DNA of 64,000 nucleotides from an uncultured Gammaproteobacteria bacterium. Its GTDB lineage: Bacteria > Patescibacteriota > Microgenomatia > Daviesbacterales > UBA10151. The stretch is from positions 21,559-85,558 of the forward strand of contig CAZVEX010000002.1 of NCBI GenBank assembly GCA_964625535.1, in the 5' to 3' direction. Both the position numbers and the translations under genes were made by a program. The notes under the pieces were generated by a model, which was not told the origin of the DNA, did no database searches, and worked only from the letters and a program-made list of their open reading frames with translations. Of the stretch, positions 17,536 to 27,654 are shown one piece after another. How positions within the stretch are numbered: the stretch's first letter is position 1; each line of letters begins with the position of its first letter.

Positions 17536-18852
17536 TCACGAGTCTCGTATCACATATTTCAATATTGTTCTTGTTACCACATAAGCCGTAAACATTGAAA
17601 CCAAAACTCCAATGCTTAAGGTTACGGCAAAACCGCGAACAATGGGTATGCCCATGCCATAGAGAATTGCCGCCGTCATTAACGATGAAACATTAGATGC
17701 CCAAATCGATGTCCATGCTCTTTTAAAACCAAGCTCCATTGCTAAAGATCTTCCCTTGCCCCATCTTATTTCTTCCTTCATCCTTTCAAAAATTAAAATA
17801 TTGGCATCAACTGCCATGCCTACCGATAAAATAAATCCCGCCACCCCGGCCAGAGTCAGAGTGATGGGCGGGATCAAAAACAACCCGGTTCTAAAAATGG
17901 CCAAAACCAAAATAGTATAAATTAACAATGCCACATCTGCTACTGCGCCCAAGAGTCCATAGTATAAAACCATAAAGATCATGACCATAACTAATCCAAT
18001 TACCCCTGCTACCAAGCTTTTATTTACTGACTCTTGCCCAAGTGTCGGGCCAATGTGGCGCTCCTCCAAAATATTAATCGGTACCGGCAGCGCTCCGGCA
18101 TTGAGTTGAATAGCCAAATTTTTTGCCTCTTCCGTAGTAAACTCACCCGTTATAACTGCATTCCCGCCGATGATTTCCTGTTGGACCACGGGTGCGGAAA
18201 TGGGCAAATCATCCAAAAAAATGGCTAGGGGTTTACCTATATTTGCTTTGGTAATTTGGGCAAACTTTTGGGCACCTGCCTCATTAAATTCTATCGCGAC
18301 TTGTGGTCCTGCCTGTTTGCCGCTACCTCCAAAAGTTACCTCCGCCTTTTTTAAATCGGCTCCTGTTAAACCGGTGGGGGTAAAGGAAAAAACTGCCGGA
18401 ATACCGGAGCGGGTAGCTTCTGCAAGATCTGCGGATGGGGCTTGCCCTGAGCTTGCCGAAGGGGTGGCCGGCTCTTCCCGAAAATCGAGCTGGGCGGTTT
18501 TCCCCACCAAATTGGCGGCAGCAGAGGCATCTTTTAACCCAGGCAGTTCAACTATAATCCGTCTTTGGTCTCCCAATTTGGAAGTTTGCACCAGCGCCTC
18601 CGATACTCCGTACAAATTGACTCTTCTTTCTATAACTTCTTTTGCGGACTCCAAAGCAGCATCCCTTTGCTCCGGATCAATCTTATCCATTTGAGTCAAA
18701 AGTACCAGCTGCGTACCGCCTTGCAAATCAAGACCCAATTTTAGCGGAAAATTAGGGCCAAACGGCTTGGGAAGATTAACCTTGGGAAGATTAACGAAGA
18801 CAGCAAACAAAGTTACGGCAATAATAAACCAAAAACCAAAACGGGAGCGCAT
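17536..18852 (-). CDS. secD: Protein translocase subunit SecD
   Basis: LGLDLQGG, AGALP, GMAVDANILIFER. Confidence 0.96.
   Translation of the reverse strand: MRSRFGFWFIIAVTLFAVFVNLPKVNLPKPFGPNFPLKLGLDLQGGTQLVLLTQMDKIDPEQRDAALESAKEVIERRVNLYGVSEALVQTSKLGDQRRIIVELPGLKDASAAANLVGKTAQLDFREEPATPSASSGQAPSADLAEATRSGIPAVFSFTPTGLTGADLKKAEVTFGGSGKQAGPQVAIEFNEAGAQKFAQITKANIGKPLAIFLDDLPISAPVVQQEIIGGNAVITGEFTTEEAKNLAIQLNAGALPVPINILEERHIGPTLGQESVNKSLVAGVIGLVMVMIFMVLYYGLLGAVADVALLIYTILVLAIFRTGLFLIPPITLTLAGVAGFILSVGMAVDANILIFERMKEEIRWGKGRSLAMELGFKRAWTSIWASNVSSLMTAAILYGMGIPIVRGFAVTLSIGVLVSMFTAYVVTRTILKYVIRDS
18439..18462. repeat. Short dispersed repeat (family B) in frame in secD (PSASSGQA)
   Basis: GCTTGCCCTGAGCTTGCCGAAGG; related copies at 21165, 21998, 22020, 32068. 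Confidence 0.7.
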
Positions 18853-18855
18853 GTC

Positions 18856-19440
18856 TTAAATTATAACTCCCTCCAGCATTTCGTTTTCATCCCCTGCAAT
18901 CATCACCTTAGGTTGCATTAATACCTTCAAAATAAAGGGGTCTCTCCTTCTTACCCTGAATTTAAACTCTGCTTCATCCATAAAGGAATAGTTAATTTCC
19001 GTCTCTCTCTTAGCCTGCTCATCAGCCACCAGAGCCTGAAGTTCAGGCAAAACTATGCTTCCGACAACCAAAAGATCAACATCATCTGCGCCGGATGGAA
19101 ATCCCTGTAAAAAGCGGCTTGACAAAAAGGCAAATTTAATCCTGCCCAGTTTGGTTTTATGTTTAATAATATTCCCTCCCAAACCCGTAGTTTTGGCAAC
19201 TAATCCTAATATTTCCCTGTAAAAAATATAATCTTTCCTAAATCGATACAGCCTTCTGTTGGCCCGCCATTCGGATTGGACCATACCATATTTTTCCATT
19301 CTGGCAAGTTCGCGCCGGACCGCATTGATTTCTTCGGAAACACGTCTTACAATTTCACGAACATGCAATAATGTCTCCCTGGAGCTTAAGAAAAGTTGCA
19401 GTAATTTCACCCGGACACGGGACACAAATAATTCTTCCAT
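18856..19440 (-). CDS. wHTH + degenerate nucleotidyltransferase-domain protein
   Basis: HVREIVRR..INAVRREL HTH; DVDLLVVG. Confidence 0.75.
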   Translation of the reverse strand: MEELFVSRVRVKLLQLFLSSRETLLHVREIVRRVSEEINAVRRELARMEKYGMVQSEWRANRRLYRFRKDYIFYREILGLVAKTTGLGGNIIKHKTKLGRIKFAFLSSRFLQGFPSGADDVDLLVVGSIVLPELQALVADEQAKRETEINYSFMDEAEFKFRVRRRDPFILKVLMQPKVMIAGDENEMLEGVII

Positions 19441-19469
19441 TGATTCACCACCTTTCTAGGCAGTGGTTT

Positions 19470-20654
19470 TTAATAACTAACCTTTGATCCTTCCGGGACA
19501 GTCTGGATCCAAATTTGTCCTCTTAAAAATTCTATTTCTTTACCGTTTTTATCAAGGTACTTGCTTCGTGCAGTTCTGGACGGTTTAACCCATTTGCCTT
19601 CAATTACATTACCATTTTGAAAGATTAACGCTCTACCGCTGCCCGTGGTTCCATAAAGCAAGTGAACATTACCTGGGTAGCCGTCATTGGCATTTGATTC
19701 TCTCTGAAACTGAACAACGATATTTTTTGCCGCCAGCTGCTGGGAATTGTTTAAATCAAGATGGCCGCTGTCTCCGTTTTTTCTAATATATAAATTATTT
19801 TCCTGATCATAGTTCCACGCTACCTGATATCCCGGCTGACTTTCCCAAAAATTAACTTTAATAGTGGTCACCTGCCCTGCACCGTCTGGTGCGGGGTCCT
19901 TAAACTTCCAGGGGTCAAATTCGTCGTCCCATTTTATCCCTGCCGAATCTGTAGCTGTCCACCCTCTTTTTGCTCCAATTTCCCAAAGCTTGGAAGTAGT
20001 CGAATACATAGTGTGCTCCGTTGCCACCGGATGACCTAACCTTTGATAATCCCTCCAGAAAACAGGAAAGCCAATGCTAAATTGATTTAAGTCCTTAACC
20101 TCATACCTGATAATTTGCCCCAGAGCATCGGCCGGACCCGGAGTATTGGCTCCTCCCACATGGGCATAAAGGGCATCATATTCTCCCAACCAATCAAGAT
20201 AATAAGTCCTGGCAGATCTAACAGGACCTACCTGAACATCAGCCAGGTTGCAGTAAAAAATAGCCATAAATCGGGTGATGCCGCCTTCGGCTACTGCCTC
20301 GTAAACAATATTCGCGCTGGACAGCCCGCTCTGGGGGCGGGCTTCGGTGTGATTCTCAACCATGACGGCTAGGGGTCGCCGTTTTTCCCAAGATTCTTTG
20401 GCCTTTTTAGTATGCAGGCTACCGTCCAAGGGACAGCTTTCGGTCTTTGGTTCATCGGGATCCTCTTCAACTATATTGGATGGCGAAGGAAGAGAAGATA
20501 CCAGCGACCCGTTGCCCTGGGATTTAAGAATGCCGGCAAATAACGAGTAAGACAAACTGGTGGAAAAAGTGTAAAACAGCACGGAAATAACCACCAGTGT
20601 TAAGGTTTTTTGCAAATTGGTCAAACTTTCAAAAATTTCTATTATTTTGCTCAT
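19470..20654 (-). CDS. DUF3048 (YerB-like) protein
   Basis: RPLAVMVEN, ARPQSGL, AEGGITR, GPVRSAR. Confidence 0.88.
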   Translation of the reverse strand: MSKIIEIFESLTNLQKTLTLVVISVLFYTFSTSLSYSLFAGILKSQGNGSLVSSLPSPSNIVEEDPDEPKTESCPLDGSLHTKKAKESWEKRRPLAVMVENHTEARPQSGLSSANIVYEAVAEGGITRFMAIFYCNLADVQVGPVRSARTYYLDWLGEYDALYAHVGGANTPGPADALGQIIRYEVKDLNQFSIGFPVFWRDYQRLGHPVATEHTMYSTTSKLWEIGAKRGWTATDSAGIKWDDEFDPWKFKDPAPDGAGQVTTIKVNFWESQPGYQVAWNYDQENNLYIRKNGDSGHLDLNNSQQLAAKNIVVQFQRESNANDGYPGNVHLLYGTTGSGRALIFQNGNVIEGKWVKPSRTARSKYLDKNGKEIEFLRGQIWIQTVPEGSKVSY

Positions 20655-21121
20655 TTTTTTCTCATCGCCATATCCAACGCTTCCTGCTCTTCTTCGGAAA
20701 GATTTTTCCCCGCCTTTCCCTGATCAATCGACTTGGCAAAAACTCTGGTGCCAGACCTTGAGTGCAAACTTGTTACGATTATGCCGTTTCCCTCCCAATC
20801 AAGCAAGACGGCAGAAAAACTTAAATTTCCCCCGGTATCGCCGTATGGGTTATAGCGCAAAAGAGCGACCCTTTGAACATGTAACTTACTGTCTCCCGCT
20901 AAATCAGCCAGATTCTTTGTAATCTTACCTAAATCTCCCTTAAACTCTTTAATGCAAGATAACACTTCTGCAAATTTTTTTCTGATATCTCTTTCTCCGC
21001 TCTTGGGAAAAAGAGATTTTAGAAAATTTCCCTGTTTCCAAACAAAAAAACTTAAAACCCCGAGCCAGATAAAAATTGCCGCCGCCACCAGTCCGGCGAA
21101 GACGGACCAATTCGAATACAT
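20651..21121 (-). CDS. DUF4446 family membrane protein
   Basis: RYNPYGDTGGNLSFS, LSEEE. Confidence 0.85.
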   Translation of the reverse strand: MYSNWSVFAGLVAAAIFIWLGVLSFFVWKQGNFLKSLFPKSGERDIRKKFAEVLSCIKEFKGDLGKITKNLADLAGDSKLHVQRVALLRYNPYGDTGGNLSFSAVLLDWEGNGIIVTSLHSRSGTRVFAKSIDQGKAGKNLSEEEQEALDMAMRKK

Positions 21122-21236
21122 AAGTTACTCTTTTAATATAACTTGAGTAAAAAATTTTGTCAATCCTTCAACAAGTTCAGGATCAATGAAGAAGTTGATA
21201 TCTAATCTCACGAAGAACCCTCACAGAATCAAATCC

Positions 21237-21302
21237 TCAGGTCTCTGTTTTATTTTTCCTCTGTTTTTGGCATCTTGAGCAAGTTTGAGTTATATTGGCC
21301 AC
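21237..21302 (-). pseudogene. Possible remnant of a small zinc-ribbon protein
   Basis: GTG-ANITQTCSRCQKQ.. after a TATTAT -10, stops after 21 aa. Confidence 0.25.
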
Positions 21303-21403
21303 ATCCAAATAATACTTTAAAACTCCCTAAATAATCAAATAGCCCATAATTTTAGGTTCATTTGGTGCTTGACAAGCTCACTGGTGCGTGTTAGGCTCAT
21401 TCC

Positions 21404-21640
21404 ATGCCTATTCAGCGAACCTACCAGCAATCTGATATCGAAAAAAGGCTCAAGCTGCTTAATCTTCAACTGTATGGAAAACGGTTCGAGGTAGCTCCGA
21501 GGGTCAAAGAGTCATCCCCAAATGACCTACTTTACCTCAAACATGACCTAAAGAAAATCACCCTGTTGGCCACACTGGCCATTGCTGCGGAGCTAATTCT
21601 TTATTTTAGCCAATTGCCAAATAAAATAAAATTATTTTAA
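21404..21640 (+). CDS. Small hypothetical membrane protein
   Basis: 78-aa ORF, C-terminal TM helix; TTGACA..TAGGCT upstream. Confidence 0.7.
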   Translation: MPIQRTYQQSDIEKRLKLLNLQLYGKRFEVAPRVKESSPNDLLYLKHDLKKITLLATLAIAAELILYFSQLPNKIKLF

Positions 21641-21661
21641 GAAAGGGGGTGAAATTTCTTT

Positions 21662-21799
21662 ATGCAGATGTATTGCGTTAAATGCCGCCAGAAAAGAGAT
21701 GCGGAAGATGTACAAGCGGTAACCATGAAAAATGGTAAAAAAGCCTCAAAAGGTAGATGCCCAGTTTGTGGCACTTCCATGTTTAAGATCGGCGGCTAA
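21662..21799 (+). CDS. DUF5679-like small zinc-ribbon protein (not in ORF track)
   Basis: MQMYCVKCRQKRD...KGRCPVCGTSMFKIGG; SD AAGGGGGTG. Confidence 0.85.
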   Translation: MQMYCVKCRQKRDAEDVQAVTMKNGKKASKGRCPVCGTSMFKIGG

Positions 21800-21816
21800 T
21801 GTGGTAAAATATACTG

Positions 21817-22168
21817 GCCTAGGAAGAAGGATGATTAGTCCGACGGAATGTCGGACAGGAAAGTCCAGACAGCAAAGAGCAGGGTGGTCCGTGTAAGCGG
21901 ACGGTCGCAAGACCCAGTTAGAGCAACAGTGACGATTCGGGTGGCGCCGAGTGAAACGACCAAGCTACCGGGTATTTGTTTCGTAGAGCCGTAAGGGGTT
22001 TATCCTGAAGAATTGAAGGGTTTACCCTGAGCGAGTAAACGAGTCGAAGGGCAATCCTCCCCGCTGCAATCCTAGATATGACTTGGGCTGCTCGCCCAAA
22101 AGTCTAAGTAAGGAGCATTAGATAAATTATCATCTCGCAACAGAATCTGGCTTACTAGCTTCCTAGGC
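21817..22168 (+). ncRNA. rnpB: RNase P RNA
   Basis: GGAAAGTCCAG / ACAGAATCTGGCTTA (P4), P1 GCCTAGGAAG/CTTCCTAGGC, GTGAAAC; TGGTAAAAT promoter. Confidence 0.92.
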
Positions 22169-23149
22169 ACCAATTTTTCTTCCTCTTATTGCTTCCGTGG
22201 CTATAATTTGTAAAACCACTGCCAGAGGTACTGCCAGAAGCGCTCCGGCAAATCCTAAAAGCCTTGAACCTACGGCAATTGCCAAAATTACCACCAGAGG
22301 ATTTAAACCCACTGCCCGTTTCATCACCTGCGGAACTATCAAATGATTTTCCATCTGCTGTATGACAAAAAACATGGCCGCCACTCCCAATGCTAAAACA
22401 GGTGAGATAGTCAGGGCAATAAAAATTGCCGGAATGGCCGAGACAATCGGCCCGATCACCGGCACCACTTCCAGCACTCCGGCCACCAGAGCCAGTGGCA
22501 AAGCGTAGGGGATACCTAAAATCAATAAACCCAAATAAACCAGCAAACCGATAATGACGCTTAAAAAAAGTTGTCCTCTTAACCACGATCCCAGTTTTTC
22601 TTCAATGGCCACAATCGATTTTTTAACTCTCTCCTCTTTACCAAGAAACAAAGAGGCGATGCGAGCTTCCAGATTTTCCCGTTCCAGTAAAAGATAAAAG
22701 GTCAAAACCAGCAAAAATATCAGTGTTAATACATTGTCAAAGATAGATAAAGTGATGGAAAAAATGTTTTTGGAAAAAGCAGAGAGTTCCTGCTGGAACA
22801 GCGATTTGTCAATGTCGGCAATGTTAAAAAATTGCGAAGCAACCGAGGGTAAGGTTACTATCAAGTGGGTAGTTTCCTCAACCAGCGGCTGCAGTATCAG
22901 CGTTAAGACCGAGGCAATAATGGCTATTATTATAATGTATGTTACGGCAATACTTAAAGCCTTCGGGATTTTAATTTTGACAAAGAAATTTACCAAAGGC
23001 GAGAGCGCAGACATTAAAATCGTGGCCACAAAAAGAATTATTAAAAGATCGCGAATCAGGTAAATTATCAAAACCACAAGTATCAGCGCGGCTATAAAAA
23101 GGATTGTTTTGCGGGAGATGTCAATTTTTTGTACCATGAGCTCGATCAT
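22163..23149 (-). CDS. AI-2E family transporter
   Basis: Multiple TM helices, IQQMENHLIVP, GLNP. Confidence 0.9.
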   Translation of the reverse strand: MIELMVQKIDISRKTILFIAALILVVLIIYLIRDLLIILFVATILMSALSPLVNFFVKIKIPKALSIAVTYIIIIAIIASVLTLILQPLVEETTHLIVTLPSVASQFFNIADIDKSLFQQELSAFSKNIFSITLSIFDNVLTLIFLLVLTFYLLLERENLEARIASLFLGKEERVKKSIVAIEEKLGSWLRGQLFLSVIIGLLVYLGLLILGIPYALPLALVAGVLEVVPVIGPIVSAIPAIFIALTISPVLALGVAAMFFVIQQMENHLIVPQVMKRAVGLNPLVVILAIAVGSRLLGFAGALLAVPLAVVLQIIATEAIRGRKIGA

Positions 23150-24116
23150 ACCATTTAACTGCTAATTTTTCCACATTGGCAGGAAATTCTTTCTTGCTAA
23201 TATCAAACCAACGCACGTTTAGTTCTTTTTTAAACCAGGTCAGCTGGCGTCTCATTAAGCCATGAATTTTCCCCTGCATAATTTTAATTAGTTCGTTGAT
23301 ATCTTTAATATTCCCTTCAAGATAATCAGCCAACGCCCCATATTCCAATCCCAGCTCTCTCATTCTTGTTAAACTTAAACCTTTCCTATGCACTTTTTTT
23401 GCCTCCGCCACTATACCTTGTTTAATTCTTGCTAAAACTTTTTTCTCAGCCCTTTTGTATAAAATATGTCGTGGGGCACTCAAGCCAATTTTTAATATAT
23501 TAAACCTTTGAGCTATACCAACATATTTTTCCTTCGTATTCATGTATGGATACATGGATAAAAGTTCAATATGACGAGACAGACGTCTTGGATTTTGTCT
23601 GTCGGATTGATTTAGATCCTGCCACCTCTCCGGGGAAAGCTCTTTTAATTTATCTTGTAACTGCTCCAGAGAGAGTTTCTCCAAATTCTTTCTTAAATTT
23701 TTATCAGTGGGAACTATCAAATTAGGTAATCCCTCAAGCAAAGCTTTAAGATACAATCCTGTCCCTCCCACCACAATTGGCAACTTTCCCCTGCTCCTAA
23801 CATCCTCAATTACTCTACCTGCATCTTTGACATAATCTACCACTGTATACTGTTTCTTTGGATCTACCACATCATACATCCAGATATTAATTCCATTAAT
23901 TATCCACTGTCCATTTTCTTTTTTAATTTTCAATTTTAAATTTTCAATTTTAAATTTATCCGGTGCTTTCCCGGTTCCAATATCTAAACCCTTGTAAACT
24001 TGTCTGGAATCACAAGAAATCAGTTCACCCTGAAACTTGCGTGCAAGTTGAAGTGCCAAATCAGTTTTACCAGTAGAAGTAGGTCCTAAAATAGCTAAAA
24101 TTTTGGTATTTTCCAT
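23121..24116 (-). CDS. miaA: tRNA dimethylallyltransferase
   Basis: GPTSTGKT, DSRQVYKG, GGTGLY, RQLTWF. Confidence 0.95.
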   Translation of the reverse strand: MENTKILAILGPTSTGKTDLALQLARKFQGELISCDSRQVYKGLDIGTGKAPDKFKIENLKLKIKKENGQWIINGINIWMYDVVDPKKQYTVVDYVKDAGRVIEDVRSRGKLPIVVGGTGLYLKALLEGLPNLIVPTDKNLRKNLEKLSLEQLQDKLKELSPERWQDLNQSDRQNPRRLSRHIELLSMYPYMNTKEKYVGIAQRFNILKIGLSAPRHILYKRAEKKVLARIKQGIVAEAKKVHRKGLSLTRMRELGLEYGALADYLEGNIKDINELIKIMQGKIHGLMRRQLTWFKKELNVRWFDISKKEFPANVEKLAVKWYDRAHGTKN

Positions 24117-25267
24117 AAATTAAGAAAACTAATCATAATTACTCCCCATAAATTAATTAAAATGCTGAAAATGATTAATAACTTGGAGTATAGATTGAAT
24201 CTATTTTTTAATCCGCTAGCTGTTAAAATTAATAAGTAAGGCAAAAAATCTAAACTATAGCGAAAACCAAATTGAGTGAATCCATTGCCACCTTTCATTA
24301 AAATGGGAAATAATATCATCAAAACTGTTATTAATGACGAGTATATTAATCTTTTTTTAAATGAGGCAAATAGAATCAAAAAGAATGCCGGGGTAACTAT
24401 GTATAAAGCCATAGCATACAAGGAAGGAACAATAAAGGGAGGATGAGTAGTAAAAACTGGGAATGAAAAAAGGATATCTTTAATTCTCTCGGGAATATAT
24501 TGGATGCTGAAAAAACCATGAGAAAACACTGATTGTTTGATAGCTAATGAATTTGAGCTTAAATATAAAGAGTATGCATAATCATCAAATTTACCAAAAC
24601 GAAAAAAGTTATAAAAGCCGTTAAAAATAAGTGCAGGCATTAATCCTAGAAATAAGAAGCAAAAATTTCTGATATGAACTTGATTTATGCTCTTTCCGGT
24701 TAAAAATCTCTCTTTCAAAAAAATTAAGGCAAAGATAATCGCCAATACAGTTGGTAAACGGGCAAGATAGGCACCTCCAATAAAGAGTCCTATTAGAAAT
24801 AGTCTTTGTTTAGTTACTATTTCCAGAAGAGCAAGCCATAAGAAAAATAAAGCCACAATGTGGGCAACATACCAGGAAGAACCTACCTCGGCATGATACC
24901 ACTGAATTGTGCCAAAAGCATATAAAATACTTATCCATAAAGCGAGCCTGTCGTTTTTGAAAAGCTTTACCAAAACTATGTAGGATATGGAAACATTCGC
25001 TGCACCCAGCAATATTGATAGTATCGGCTGATAAAAGTTGGTTCCAAATATAGCCACAAAGGGCATCAATAAGATTGCAGGCATTGGTGGATATACCACA
25101 AAATAATGACCACCCCAGGAAACTAATTCCGTTAGGATATTTGGGATATATAAACGGCCGTGCAAAAAGGCATCTGCGAGATAGACAAAATGATTCCACT
25201 GCGCTCCTTCACCTCGATTGGAAATTGAGTATACTAATAATGTGAAAATAAATAATACTAAAGCCAT
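24095..25267 (-). CDS. GT-C fold integral membrane glycosyltransferase-like protein
   Basis: Many TM helices, YPP, GFRY; start uncertain (25267 or 25294). Confidence 0.7.
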   Translation of the reverse strand: MALVLFIFTLLVYSISNRGEGAQWNHFVYLADAFLHGRLYIPNILTELVSWGGHYFVVYPPMPAILLMPFVAIFGTNFYQPILSILLGAANVSISYIVLVKLFKNDRLALWISILYAFGTIQWYHAEVGSSWYVAHIVALFFLWLALLEIVTKQRLFLIGLFIGGAYLARLPTVLAIIFALIFLKERFLTGKSINQVHIRNFCFLFLGLMPALIFNGFYNFFRFGKFDDYAYSLYLSSNSLAIKQSVFSHGFFSIQYIPERIKDILFSFPVFTTHPPFIVPSLYAMALYIVTPAFFLILFASFKKRLIYSSLITVLMILFPILMKGGNGFTQFGFRYSLDFLPYLLILTASGLKNRFNLYSKLLIIFSILINLWGVIMISFLNLWKIPKF

Positions 25268-26456
25268 ATATTTAATTTTAATACTTGGTGTCATTATAAG
25301 ACTATTATTATCTTTTCTTCCAGCTTTTGAATCCGATCAAAATGCTTTCAGGTTTTGGACCGACAGATTAGCAGGGGTAGGTCCTAGTAATTTTTATTCT
25401 TCTTTCATATTCACCAATAATCCTCTTGGAATGTTATATTTCTTCTGGTTAATCGGTTTCCTCAAAAGCACGCTTCTTTCAAGCATTATTATTCCACCCA
25501 ATATTGATCTGTTTTTGAAACTTGCCGCCAATGCCTCTGATTTGGCAACAGGATTTTTAATATATAAAATAATAAAAGAAAAATTGAGTGCCAAGGCAGG
25601 GAACATAGCTGCTTCTCTGTATATTTTTAATCCTGGCCTTACCTTTAATTCTGCGGTTTGGGGTCAATACGACAGTGTGGCAATTTTATTTTTAGTGTTA
25701 AGTATTTATTATTGTCTTATTAAGAAAAATCCGGTTATCTGTTCAATATTTTTCTCTCTTGCCTGGATTACCAAACCTCAATCGCTGGAACTGGCACCGT
25801 TCTTACTTTTCTTTTTTTTAAAAAACTTTAAACCGATTCAATGGATATATTCTTTTTTTTCATTTGTAATAACTGCAATTATAGTATTTTTCCCTTTTTT
25901 TCCAAATAATCCTCTTTACGGAATATACTCTGTCAATATAGGGTCAACCAGTTTATTCAGCTGCACTACATGCAATGCCTTAAATTTTTGGGGAATTTTT
26001 GGTAACTGGAAGAACGATATGAATTTATTTCTAAATCTTCCCCTGCTTACCTGGGGTTTTATTTTATTATCAGTATTTTTAATTATAGTTTTTAGCCTTA
26101 AAAAACTTAAAGGAGATATCTCATATTTTACAATCTCTATATCAATGCTGGCATTTTTTATGCTACTTACCAGAATGCACGAAAGATATCTTGCATATTT
26201 CTTCCCTTTTATCCTACTTTCGGCTATCCTTTTAAAATCTAGAATTTTAACAGGCTTTTACGCATTTTTTTCTCTGGTTTTTTTGTTAAATCTTTATTTA
26301 CCCTATGCTTATTACAATAATCTTGCTAAAATTACAAATTTGCCTGTAAATATGTTAATGAATTTTTTCGGTTATTTCTCGTTTGTATCATTTTTTGGAT
26401 TTATACTATTATACTTATATTATCTTGGCTATGTTAAAAAGAATACTGTCACTTAA
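25218..26456 (+). CDS. GT-C membrane glycosyltransferase (ALG6/DUF2029-like)
   Basis: WGQYD, KPQ, MHERY; start uncertain. Confidence 0.75.
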   Translation: MEIEYTNNVKINNTKAIYLILILGVIIRLLLSFLPAFESDQNAFRFWTDRLAGVGPSNFYSSFIFTNNPLGMLYFFWLIGFLKSTLLSSIIIPPNIDLFLKLAANASDLATGFLIYKIIKEKLSAKAGNIAASLYIFNPGLTFNSAVWGQYDSVAILFLVLSIYYCLIKKNPVICSIFFSLAWITKPQSLELAPFLLFFFLKNFKPIQWIYSFFSFVITAIIVFFPFFPNNPLYGIYSVNIGSTSLFSCTTCNALNFWGIFGNWKNDMNLFLNLPLLTWGFILLSVFLIIVFSLKKLKGDISYFTISISMLAFFMLLTRMHERYLAYFFPFILLSAILLKSRILTGFYAFFSLVFLLNLYLPYAYYNNLAKITNLPVNMLMNFFGYFSFVSFFGFILLYLYYLGYVKKNTVT

Positions 26457-27654
26457 AAATCCTAAAAAAATTTTGATGCTAATTTTAGTACTAACGGCCT
26501 TTCTCCGTTTATACCGATTAGATTATCCCAATCAATATATCTTTGATGAAGTTTATCATGCCTTTACGGCCCAGGAATATCTAAAAGGCAACAAGGATGC
26601 TTGGGAGTGGCGGACTACCCCACCCCCGGGTGTAGCTTTCGAATGGACTCACCCGCCTCTGGCTAAAGAAATCATGACTGCTTCTATGTTTTTGCTCCGC
26701 AGTACAGACGCCTGGGTCTGGAGATTGCCGGGGGCACTTTTAGGAGTATTGTCCGTTTTTCTAGTATATAAACTGGGCCTGAAACTTTTTCAGAACAATA
26801 TTTCGGCAACGCTGGCAGCTTTTTTGTTTTCCATTGACGGCTTAAATTTTGTTCAATCTCGAATCGGAATGAATGATATATATTTCGTCACCTTTTTCCT
26901 TATAAGTTTATTATTTTTGTTAAATAAGAAAATTTTTTTTTCCGCCATTTTTTGCGGTCTGGCCATATCCAGTAAGTGGGCGGCAATTTATGGCTATATT
27001 TTTTTATTTGTCCCCTATCTGCTACTGAAAAAACAGTATTTAAATCTGATATTATTAACCGGCATTCTACCTATCATTTATCTTGCAACTTACCTACCCT
27101 TCTTTTTGCTTGGCCACCGCTTCGATCAATTTGTGCAACTGCAACAACAAATGTGGTGGTATCATACCGGCCTTAAAGCTACTCATGACTACTCATCCCC
27201 CTGGTGGAGCTGGTCTTTAAACTTTTATCCTGTCTGGTATTTTGTGGATTATAAAGATAAATTTATTGCCAATATTTTTGCCTCTGGTAACCCTCCTCTT
27301 TTTTGGTTTGGTGCTCTAGCCATACTGGCAACCGGCTGGGAAGCCATCAAACAAAAGTCTTTAAACTTGTTTTTAATTTTAATGGGTTTTTTGGTGTTTT
27401 GGCTGCCTTGGGCCGTCTCTCCCCGGATCATGTTTTTATATCACTATGCTCCATCAGTTCCGTTTTTAACTTTGGCTTTGGGTTATCAACTGGGATCAAG
27501 ATTCCAAGGTAAAATGAGAAGTAAAATTTTGCTTCTTTTGAGTATCATGGTTTTGGGCTTTATTTTGATTTATCCATTTTTGACAGGAATACATATTCCC
27601 AATTTTTTTGTCCGATTTTTTTTCTTTACCAACTTGACTAAAAACCCCTTTTAA
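26431..27654 (+). CDS. Protein O-mannosyltransferase (GT39/PMT-like)
   Basis: FDE, HPPLAK, HDYSSPWWSW, RIMFLYHY. Confidence 0.85.
   Translation: MLKRILSLKNPKKILMLILVLTAFLRLYRLDYPNQYIFDEVYHAFTAQEYLKGNKDAWEWRTTPPPGVAFEWTHPPLAKEIMTASMFLLRSTDAWVWRLPGALLGVLSVFLVYKLGLKLFQNNISATLAAFLFSIDGLNFVQSRIGMNDIYFVTFFLISLLFLLNKKIFFSAIFCGLAISSKWAAIYGYIFLFVPYLLLKKQYLNLILLTGILPIIYLATYLPFFLLGHRFDQFVQLQQQMWWYHTGLKATHDYSSPWWSWSLNFYPVWYFVDYKDKFIANIFASGNPPLFWFGALAILATGWEAIKQKSLNLFLILMGFLVFWLPWAVSPRIMFLYHYAPSVPFLTLALGYQLGSRFQGKMRSKILLLLSIMVLGFILIYPFLTGIHIPNFFVRFFFFTNLTKNPF

Noticed and set aside
18767-18795. 15-nt tandem duplication in secD (VNLPK x2)
   Set aside because: Ordinary local slippage, single occurrence
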